Shown piece by piece: positions 56,768-64,000 of a stretch of 64,000 bases of DNA. The stretch's first letter is position 1. The number at the start of each line of letters is the position of its first letter. Under the pieces are notes generated by a model that was given only the letters and a program-made list of their open reading frames with translations, was not told the DNA's origin and made no database searches. The position numbers and the translations under genes were made by a program. Location: NCBI GenBank assembly GCA_964616485.1, contig CAZTRB010000005.1, positions 11,592-75,591 of the forward strand. The letters are read 5' to 3'. The stretch is from an uncultured Muribaculaceae bacterium. GTDB lineage: Bacteria; Bacillota_I; Bacilli_A; RF39; UBA660.

Positions 56768-58214
56768 TAGAAGCACCTCCTTTAGGATTTAAATCTAACT
56801 TTAGTTCTTTCTCGATAAAAGATGCCAATTTATAAATGGTCGCTTCATCGAAATCTTTTCCTATTATTTGCATTCCAATTGGAAGATTTTCTATGAAACC
56901 AATAGGAAGATTTAATGCAGGTATTCCCGCCATGTTAGCCGGCATAACTAAAACATCATCAAGAAACGACTTATTAGGGTCTTTCTGTTCAGAATCTATA
57001 TCATAAGCAGTAGTCGTCGTAGTCGGACCAATTATCAAATCATAATCTTTAAAGATATTTAAAAAATTCTTTCTAATATCATCTCTTATCTTTAAAGCTT
57101 TATCATAATATTTTCTAGCATTATCTCCACTCAATACTAAAGAACCAATCATAATTCTTCTCTTTACTTCATCTCCAAATCCTTCTCCTCTAGTCTTAGC
57201 ATAAAGCTCTTCTAAATCAGAAGGGTTATTATGAGAATAGCCGTATTTAATACCATCAAATCTGGCTAGATTACTGCTAGCTTCTCCCATAGCAATAATC
57301 TGATAAAGAGTGACGATCTCTTTTAAATGTTCAATCTCGACAAAGTCGATAAGACATCCTTTTTCTCTTAAAAGACTAACGATATCATTAAATTTATCGA
57401 GCACGTTTTTATCGACTATATCAGTAACAAAATAACTAGGAATAGCGATTTTCATTCCCTTTATATCTTCACCTATTAATCTAGTGAAATCATCTAAATT
57501 ATCTGAACTAGTCATATCGTTTTCGTCTAATCCCGCTATTACATTTAAAAAAGCCGCATTGTCATAGACATTTTTACTAAAGTGACCTATTTGATCTAAA
57601 CTAGAAGCAAATGCTACCAACCCATATCTAGATACCCTTCCATAAGTAGGTTTAATTCCGACTAAACCGCAGTAACTAGCTGGTTGTCTAATCGAACCTC
57701 CCGTGTCACTTCCTAATGAGAGTGGAACTATTCCAGCACCTACACAAGAAGCGGAACCACCACTACTACCACCAGTTATCTTCTTAATATTCCAAGGGTT
57801 TTTAGGTTCTTTAAAATAACTCGTCTTACTAGTAGAACCCATAGCAAACTCATCCATATTAGTCTTACCGATAATGATCATATTATTTTCTTTTATCTTT
57901 TTAACGACTGTCGCATCATAAATCGGTACGAAGTTTTCTAACATCTTCGAAGCACAAGTAGTTCTTAGATTCTCTGTACAAATATTATCTTTTATAGCGA
58001 TAGGTATACCGAAAAAAAGTGTGTCTACTTCTTTATTTTCTAGTTCAATAGCACGTTTTAAAGCCTCTTCCTTATTTAAAGTTATAAAACTATTCAAGAT
58101 AGCATTATCTTCAATGTTTTTAAAAGCTTCTTCGACTAAGTCTTTAGGAGTAATGATTTTTTCTCTTAACAATTTATTTATCTCTCTTATTTCAAGATTT
58201 AAATACTTACTCAC
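56760..58214 (-). CDS. gatA: Asp/Glu-tRNA(Asn/Gln) amidotransferase subunit A (amidase)
   Basis: Amidase signature GGSSGGSASCVGAG..SLGSDTGGSIRQPAS. Confidence 0.95.
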   Translation of the reverse strand: MSKYLNLEIREINKLLREKIITPKDLVEEAFKNIEDNAILNSFITLNKEEALKRAIELENKEVDTLFFGIPIAIKDNICTENLRTTCASKMLENFVPIYDATVVKKIKENNMIIIGKTNMDEFAMGSTSKTSYFKEPKNPWNIKKITGGSSGGSASCVGAGIVPLSLGSDTGGSIRQPASYCGLVGIKPTYGRVSRYGLVAFASSLDQIGHFSKNVYDNAAFLNVIAGLDENDMTSSDNLDDFTRLIGEDIKGMKIAIPSYFVTDIVDKNVLDKFNDIVSLLREKGCLIDFVEIEHLKEIVTLYQIIAMGEASSNLARFDGIKYGYSHNNPSDLEELYAKTRGEGFGDEVKRRIMIGSLVLSGDNARKYYDKALKIRDDIRKNFLNIFKDYDLIIGPTTTTTAYDIDSEQKDPNKSFLDDVLVMPANMAGIPALNLPIGFIENLPIGMQIIGKDFDEATIYKLASFIEKELKLDLNPKGGASNE

Positions 58215-58509
58215 TTAACATCACCGGAACTTCCACAAAGTTACCACTAGCTCTAGGTACACTAATAATTACCTTTTTATAATCCAGCATATCTTTTACT
58301 TCATCTTCTCTCAAAGTAGAATCTTTAGAAAAAGGGCTAATCAATATATCTTCATCAGTCGCTTTAATATCTTCTATTTTAGAGACACTATCCATTATCA
58401 TCTTTAACTGAACTCTAAATTTTTCTATCTCTTCTTCAGTTAAATATATTTTAGCTAAGTTAGCTACTCTTAAAACTTCTTCTCTCGATAATTTTTCCAA
58501 AAAAATCAC
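58207..58509 (-). CDS. gatC: Asp/Glu-tRNA(Asn/Gln) amidotransferase subunit C
   Basis: 100 aa; VLRVANLAKIYLTEEEIEKF; 8-nt overlap with gatA. Confidence 0.88.
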   Translation of the reverse strand: MIFLEKLSREEVLRVANLAKIYLTEEEIEKFRVQLKMIMDSVSKIEDIKATDEDILISPFSKDSTLREDEVKDMLDYKKVIISVPRASGNFVEVPVMLSE

Positions 58510-58542
58510 TCGCTTTCATTTAAATAATATATCATAAAATCT

Positions 58543-58570
58543 AACAAATAAAAAGAGAGTAGTCTCTCTT
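58543..58570 (-). terminator. intrinsic terminator after 58585..59001 gene
   Basis: aagagag-tagt-ctctctt stem followed on minus strand by TTTTATTTG. Confidence 0.55.
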
Positions 58571-58584
58571 TCGAATAGTTATTA

Positions 58585-59001
58585 CTAATTATTAGCATCA
58601 GAATATAAATTTATAAACCTATTAACATTTTCCCTATGCTTTTTAATAGCCATGTTCCTTTTCGTTACTTTAAAAGCTATCTTCTCAGATGTTTTTAAAG
58701 TAATCATAATTTTCTTATACCAAAAAAGACCTCCACTTTTAAAAGTAACGCTTTCTATATTATCATCGCTTATAAATTGAATCTTATCTGGTTCTGGCCT
58801 ACCACTAAATTGATTAAGAGGTATTATACCAATCCCTTTTTCCATTTTATTAATTAACATAGATTTTAACTTAGCGTTTGCAAAAACACCTAAAAGCAGG
58901 TGCTGAGTAGCAGTCGGCAAAATCATTCCTAAAAAGTAAATATTATCATTACCCCAAAAATTAGCATCTCTAAAAGCCTTTTCTATTTTTCCATCGTTCA
59001 T
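58585..59001 (-). CDS. hypothetical small protein (138 aa), possible bacterial PH-like domain
   Basis: No signal/TM; no assignable motif. Confidence 0.45.
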   Translation of the reverse strand: MNDGKIEKAFRDANFWGNDNIYFLGMILPTATQHLLLGVFANAKLKSMLINKMEKGIGIIPLNQFSGRPEPDKIQFISDDNIESVTFKSGGLFWYKKIMITLKTSEKIAFKVTKRNMAIKKHRENVNRFINLYSDANN

Positions 59002-59145
59002 ATATAACCTCTTTCTCTTTTAATTAATAATAGCACATGTTTAGTTTATTTAAATAGTAATTAACATTTTTTACATCTTTTAAATAACATATATGTTGTT
59101 AAAATATCGATATTGTTGTATATTTAATCTATACTAGGAGGTATT

Positions 59146-60228
59146 ATGAATAGAAAAATAAAAGTAGTCCAATATGGTGTTGGTAAAATGTCGCAATATA
59201 CGATGCGTTATGCTATCGAAAAAGGTTGTGAAATAGTCGGAGCAGTCGATTTAAATCCAGAAATTGTTGGAAAAGATATTTCTGTTATTTTAGGTGGTAA
59301 CGCTACTGGAGTATTAGTATCTTCGATTGCAGATGCAGAGAAAATGCTTTTAGAAACGAGACCCGATGTTTGCTTAGTAACTACTATGAGTCTACTAAAT
59401 GATGTCTATTCTGCTCTTGAATTATGTGCTAAGTTAGGAATAAACGCTATTACTATTTGTGAAGAGACTTTCTTCTCGCTTAACTCTAATCCTATTTCTA
59501 CTAAAGCGATAAATGCTATTGCTACAGAAACGGGAGCAACGATATTAGGTACCGGTTACCAAGACGTTTATTGGGCTTATCTAGTATCTACCATTGCTGG
59601 TTCTACTCAAAGAATATCTAAAATCAAAGGGTCTTCTTCATATAATGTAGAAGAGTATGGAATAGCTTTAGCTAAGGCTCATGGAGCTGGATTAACGATA
59701 GATGAGTTTAATAAGACGATAGCGGCAGCCGATGATATAAGTGAAGAAGAGAGACAACAATTAATCGATAAATGTGAATTTCTTCCATCTTATATGTGGA
59801 ATGTAAATGGTTGGTTAGCTTCTAAATTAGGACTTAAAGTAATCTCACAAACACAAAAATGTGTTCCACAGATTGCAGAAGAAGACATAGAATCTAGTAC
59901 TTTAGGTTTAACTATTTCTAAAGGAAATGCTACTGGTATGAGTGCCGTCGTTATAACAGAGACGGAAGAAGGAATAACGATCGAATCAGAATGTATCGGT
60001 AAAGTTTATGGAGACGAAGATTTCGATAAAAATGAATGGACTGTCTACGGTGAACCAGACACGACTTTTGTCGTAAATAGACCATCTACTGTAGAGTTAA
60101 CTTGTGCTACGATGATTAACAGAATACCAGACGTAATAGATGCTCCCGGAGGATTTATAACTTCTGATAAACTAAGAGAGCCAACATATAAGTCAAAAGC
60201 TTTAAATGAATATGTTGAAAACTATTAA
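59146..60228 (+). CDS. NAD(P)-dependent oxidoreductase of the DapB-N-like amine dehydrogenase family (2,4-diaminopentanoate dehydrogenase-like)
   Basis: Rossmann N-terminus IKVVQYGVGKMSQY, IVGAVDLNPEIVGKD, ILGTGYQD, NRIPDVIDAPGGFI resemble IVGVCD..VGKD / VLGTGINPG / NMIPHVINAEPG of diaminopentanoate dehydrogenases. Confidence 0.5.
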   Translation: MNRKIKVVQYGVGKMSQYTMRYAIEKGCEIVGAVDLNPEIVGKDISVILGGNATGVLVSSIADAEKMLLETRPDVCLVTTMSLLNDVYSALELCAKLGINAITICEETFFSLNSNPISTKAINAIATETGATILGTGYQDVYWAYLVSTIAGSTQRISKIKGSSSYNVEEYGIALAKAHGAGLTIDEFNKTIAAADDISEEERQQLIDKCEFLPSYMWNVNGWLASKLGLKVISQTQKCVPQIAEEDIESSTLGLTISKGNATGMSAVVITETEEGITIESECIGKVYGDEDFDKNEWTVYGEPDTTFVVNRPSTVELTCATMINRIPDVIDAPGGFITSDKLREPTYKSKALNEYVENY

Positions 60229-60235
60229 GTATTAA

Positions 60236-60259
60236 AAAAACACACATAAGTGTGTTTTT
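60236..60259. terminator. bidirectional terminator between amine-dehydrogenase-like gene and fhs
   Basis: aaacacac-ataa-gtgtgttt perfect 8-bp stem with flanking A/T runs. Confidence 0.65.
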
Positions 60260-61877
60260 AAATGCCTATAATTTCTCCTGAGTTATCTAAATAAATTTTC
60301 TCGTAATTAGGCGTTTTAGATAGGCCGGGCATGGTTAAGATTTCACCTAAGAAAACCGTTATAAAACCCGCACCAGTACGTAGTTCTATATCTCTTACTA
60401 AGACATCAAAGTCTTTAGGATAACCCAACTTTTTAGGATCATCACTTATAGAATATTGAGTCTTAGCAATACATATAGGTAATTCGTCTTCTTTGATATT
60501 ATTAATGTATTCGATTTTCCTTAAAGCTTTCTCACTATATGAAATAGAACTCGCTCTATAAATTTCTTTACATACTTTTTCTATCTTAGTAGTTATAGAT
60601 TCTGAAAAATCATATAGGGGTTTAAAATCATTTTCTAAATCACTTATCTCAACTATTTTATTAGCAAGAGCAACGGTCGATAATCCTCCCTTTAAATAAG
60701 CTTCACTGGTAGCAAATTTGACTAATTTATCGTTACAATAATTTTTTACTACACCTATCTCTTCATCGGTATCATCTGAGAATTCGTTTAGACAAACGAT
60801 AACATTAGAAGTAAATTTTTTCATATTTTCGATATGGACTCCTAGATTAGGTAACCCAGCTATTAACGATTCTCTCTCGTCTTCTAAGTTACCATTGTGT
60901 TTTAAAGCTCTAATGGTAGCGACGATAACGATACAATCTGGTTTTAAGTTAGCTTTTTGGCACTTGATATTTAAAAACTTTTCTGCACCGAGGTCAGCTC
61001 CAAATCCCGCTTCCGTTATAACATAATCAGCGAGTTGTAACGCTAAATTAGTAGACACTATCGAACTACAACCATGAGATACGTTAGCAAAAGGGCCACC
61101 ATGAACTAAGACAGGATTATTTTCTAATGTCTGTACTAAATTAGGATTAAAAGCATCTTTTAAAAGAGCCATTAGGGAACCACTAATATTTAAATCTCTT
61201 ACATATAAAGGATTACCATTTAAATCTTTAGCAATAAAAATGTTTTCTAAATTAGTCTTTAAATCATCGTAGTCGGTAGACAAACAAAAGATACTCATGA
61301 CTTCACTCGCTGCCGTAATATCGAAAGAAGTCTCATATGAAACTTTACTATTTATCGTCAAATCTCTTAAAGACCTATCATTTACATCGAGACATCTTTT
61401 AAATACTATCTCGTTTGGATCTATATTTAATTTATTACCATGAAATACGATATTATCGATAGCGGCAGAAATAAGGTTGTTAGCACTAGTTATAGCATGA
61501 AAATCTCCGGTAAAGTGAAGATTAATATCTTCTCTAGGAATCAATTGACTATAACCGTCTCCTGTCGCTCCGCCTTTAATACCAAAGATAGGTCCTAAAG
61601 ACGGTTCTCGAAGAGCGCCGATTGCATCTTTACCTAGGTGTTTAAAAGCATCGACTAAACCTATAGCAACGGTAGTCTTTCCTTCTCCATAAGGAGTAGG
61701 ATTTATTCCCGTTACTAAGATAAGTTTACCTTTTTTTCTCTTCATGACATCATTAAAATAAATCTTTGCTTTATCTTTACCATAATAACTTAATAAGTTA
61801 TCATCTAAATCTAACTTTTCAGCTATTTCTCTAATCTCTTTTTTAACCACTCTTTTAGCAATCTCTTCACTATTCAT
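60258..61877 (-). CDS. fhs: formate--tetrahydrofolate ligase
   Basis: TPYGEGKTTVAIGL, PSLGPIFGIKGGATGDGYSQ, full-length collinearity. Confidence 0.96.
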   Translation of the reverse strand: MNSEEIAKRVVKKEIREIAEKLDLDDNLLSYYGKDKAKIYFNDVMKRKKGKLILVTGINPTPYGEGKTTVAIGLVDAFKHLGKDAIGALREPSLGPIFGIKGGATGDGYSQLIPREDINLHFTGDFHAITSANNLISAAIDNIVFHGNKLNIDPNEIVFKRCLDVNDRSLRDLTINSKVSYETSFDITAASEVMSIFCLSTDYDDLKTNLENIFIAKDLNGNPLYVRDLNISGSLMALLKDAFNPNLVQTLENNPVLVHGGPFANVSHGCSSIVSTNLALQLADYVITEAGFGADLGAEKFLNIKCQKANLKPDCIVIVATIRALKHNGNLEDERESLIAGLPNLGVHIENMKKFTSNVIVCLNEFSDDTDEEIGVVKNYCNDKLVKFATSEAYLKGGLSTVALANKIVEISDLENDFKPLYDFSESITTKIEKVCKEIYRASSISYSEKALRKIEYINNIKEDELPICIAKTQYSISDDPKKLGYPKDFDVLVRDIELRTGAGFITVFLGEILTMPGLSKTPNYEKIYLDNSGEIIGI

Positions 61878-61912
61878 ATTATCACCTACCTTGATTATAC
61901 TATATTTTTAGA

Positions 61913-63751
61913 CTATTTATTTAATTTATTTATTACCGAAACAATTGCATCGACACTTAGGTTTTCACTTTCATATAACTCTTCGATACTACCTTGCTCA
62001 ATAAATTTATCTTTATATCCTAGTGAGACTATCTTTTTAGAGAAACCTATCTCATTTAAATACATTTGTACTTTAGAACCTAAACCACCATTTAACAAAT
62101 TATCTTCAATCGTAATTATGTTATACTTTTTGTCTTTTAGATACATTAACAGTTCCTTGTCCACCGGCTTTACAAAAGTAACACTTACCACCATGACATT
62201 CTTTCTACTCTTTTCTACTGCCTCTAATGCTTTTTGAGACATCTTTCCAACAGCTAAAACAGCTGTTTTTTCTCCTTCTCTAAGCACTTCCCATTTACCA
62301 AGTTCCACCTTTTTTAATTTATCCATAGCAAAATAGTCCTTTCCTCTAGGATATCTAATCGCTATCGGAAAACCTTGTTTTAGCGACCATTTTAAAATAG
62401 TCTCTAAATCAGTCGCATGCTTAGGAGCTATAATTACTAAGTTAGGTATCATCGATAAATAAGATAAATCGAATATTCCTTGATGTGTCTCACCGTCGTC
62501 TCCGACTATTCCCGCACGATCAATAGCAAATATTACCGGTAATTTTTGCATACTAACATCGTGAATAACTTGATCTATTCCTCTTTGTAAGAAAGTCGAA
62601 TAAATAGCTAATACAGGACGCATACCCTCGTTTGCTAAGCCGGCTGCTAAAGTAACTGAGTGTTCTTCGCATATACCCACGTCAAAACTTCTCTCTGGAT
62701 AATCTTTAAAAAATTTGCTTAGTCCCACTCCTTCTTTCATAGCTGCCGTTATAACGACTATCTTCGGATCTTTTTTAGCTAAATTTAATAACGCTTTACC
62801 AAATTCTTCCGAATATGTTGCACCTACTTGCTTAAGTACTCCTAGATTCTTATCAAAAGACTTTACTCCATGATATGATTCCGGATCAATCAAAGCCTTC
62901 TCATAACCTTTTCCTTTAGTAGTAACGACATGTAAAAGAACTGGTTCATCTTTATTCTTTATCCTATTCAATACTTTTATTAAGAGATTTATATCGTGGC
63001 CATCGATCGGTCCGACATATGTAAGTCCCATAGCTTCAAAGTATTTAGAAGGTACTAAGAAACCTTTAACACGATGTTTAACTGCCGATGTAACTCGAAT
63101 AAACTTATCTCCTAAATATGTTCCATCGACACTATGTTTAACTTTGTTTTTTAGATTAATATATTTTTTGTTTATACTAATTCTACTCAAATAACTAGAT
63201 AAACCACCGACGTTAGAAGATATACTCATTCCGTTATCATTTAATATTACAAGCATTTTGGTCTTTCTATAACCTAAATCATTTATAGCTTCAAGACTCA
63301 TTCCATTGCTAATAGCGGCATCTCCAACTAAAGAAATGACATTAAAATCCTCTTTCTTTAAGTCTCTTGCCCTAGCAATACCAAGAGAAGCCGAGATAGA
63401 AGTACTACTATGACCAGTTTCAAAAAAATCATATTTACTCTCGCTCCTATAAGGGAAACCCCTTAATCCTTTATACATTCTAAGTCGATCAAACTGTTCT
63501 TTTCTTCCCGTTAAAATCTTATAAACATAACTTTGATGACCAACATCAAAGATTATCTTATCCTTATCAAAATCAAAGACTGAAACAAGAGCGATAGTAA
63601 GCTCTACTACTCCTAAATTAGAAGCTAAATGACCTCCCGTCTTAGAGACTTTATCAATCAAAAACTCTCTAATTTCATTAGCTAATTTTTTCTTCTCTTT
63701 TATATTTAATTTCTTTACATCATCTATACTATTAACTTTGTCTAAAACCAC
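61913..63751 (-). CDS. dxs: 1-deoxy-D-xylulose-5-phosphate synthase
   Basis: GGHLASNLGVVELTIAL...DVGHQSYVYKILTGR TPP-binding N-terminus; transketolase-like central and C-terminal domains. Confidence 0.96.
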   Translation of the reverse strand: MVLDKVNSIDDVKKLNIKEKKKLANEIREFLIDKVSKTGGHLASNLGVVELTIALVSVFDFDKDKIIFDVGHQSYVYKILTGRKEQFDRLRMYKGLRGFPYRSESKYDFFETGHSSTSISASLGIARARDLKKEDFNVISLVGDAAISNGMSLEAINDLGYRKTKMLVILNDNGMSISSNVGGLSSYLSRISINKKYINLKNKVKHSVDGTYLGDKFIRVTSAVKHRVKGFLVPSKYFEAMGLTYVGPIDGHDINLLIKVLNRIKNKDEPVLLHVVTTKGKGYEKALIDPESYHGVKSFDKNLGVLKQVGATYSEEFGKALLNLAKKDPKIVVITAAMKEGVGLSKFFKDYPERSFDVGICEEHSVTLAAGLANEGMRPVLAIYSTFLQRGIDQVIHDVSMQKLPVIFAIDRAGIVGDDGETHQGIFDLSYLSMIPNLVIIAPKHATDLETILKWSLKQGFPIAIRYPRGKDYFAMDKLKKVELGKWEVLREGEKTAVLAVGKMSQKALEAVEKSRKNVMVVSVTFVKPVDKELLMYLKDKKYNIITIEDNLLNGGLGSKVQMYLNEIGFSKKIVSLGYKDKFIEQGSIEELYESENLSVDAIVSVINKLNK

Positions 63752-63759
63752 TGTTTACC

Positions 63760-64000
63760 TCACTTAAATAACATATACTGAACTTTCTCTTTCAACACAT
63801 GAATATATTTCATTTCACCCTTTAACTCTCTAGTATAATACTTATTACCGCTTATATCGACACTTACAACTTGATTAGAAGACGGCAATACGTCTTTAGT
63901 AGTATATAGCCATCTATAAAACGAAGATAATTCGATATCCATATTATTTAATATATAAGTAAATAATAAATCAGGACCCAAGTACTTGATATATTCATAC
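63760..64000 (-). CDS. hypothetical protein, N-terminal part outside window (C-terminus ...YEYIKYLGPDLLFTYILNN...KVQYMLFK)
   Basis: Reading frame continues open to position 64000 (ORF-track M is a TTG inside a longer frame); 8-nt gap to dxs. Confidence 0.4.
   Translation of the reverse strand, partial: YEYIKYLGPDLLFTYILNNMDIELSSFYRWLYTTKDVLPSSNQVVSVDISGNKYYTRELKGEMKYIHVLKEKVQYMLFK

Noticed and set aside
1-64000. Mobile elements (transposase, integrase, terminal inverted repeats) flanking the two accessory blocks
   Set aside because: I searched both blocks for DDE or tyrosine-recombinase-like ORFs and flanking repeats and found none. The block borders coincide with ordinary terminators and promoters. 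The insertion mechanism, if any, is not visible in this window.

Overview
This window is AT-rich, low-GC Firmicutes chromosome. Most housekeeping genes lie on the minus strand. Gene order looks Bacilli/Erysipelotrichia-like: ymfM-pgsA-recA-rny, gpsB-rnpB, recU-ponA, dnaD-nth, gatCAB, engB-der.

Core genes called from clear protein signatures: recG, pyruvate:ferredoxin oxidoreductase, RNase J, RNase Y, recA, pgsA, gpsB, recU, PBP1A, nth, dnaD, cca, hup, der, engB, nrnA, ackA, thiI, an LtaS-like gene, gatCAB, fhs and dxs. One RNA gene is unambiguous: a type-B RNase P RNA (rnpB) on the minus strand at about 30437-30788, in the ORF-free gap between ymfM and gpsB.

Two accessory blocks interrupt the conserved backbone.

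- **Block A, about 9.2-24.7 kb, between the PFOR gene and rnj.** A 1683-aa protein begins with a canonical type IV prepilin (class III) signal: leader KKKKG then FTLIE, with Glu at +5. It is followed by Cys-containing modules, five tandem ~91-aa Ig-like repeats (xDxAGNxS motif) and a ~160-aa Cys-rich C-terminal module. Immediately downstream on the same strand is a five-gene glycosylation cassette: GT4, an Alg14-like/Alg13-like pair, a 12-TM membrane protein and a GtrB-like GT2. Divergently transcribed is an operon encoding an SH3b-GH73 glucosaminidase that ends in a textbook type-I dockerin, then a signal-peptide/C-terminal-TM protein with a cohesin-like module, then a 701-aa LCP-family protein.
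- **Block B, about 38.0-43.5 kb, between hup and der.** An eight-gene minus-strand run carries T7SSb-effector-like content: an LXG-like protein preceded by two WXG100-like small proteins. Downstream are a TasA/camelysin-like secreted protein, a SipW-type (ER-type) signal peptidase I fused to a Cys-free 8-TM N-terminal domain, and a bitopic membrane protein.

Other observations: a candidate LexA box upstream of recA, a near-consensus promoter for rnj, a promoter-plus-hairpin small-RNA candidate at 5.6 kb, a degenerate GGDEF (DGNEF) membrane sensor, and several terminators whose stems include the stop codon.

No transposases, integrases, CRISPR arrays, tRNA or rRNA genes were seen. All family assignments come from reading motifs by eye. 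No database searches or structure predictions were run.
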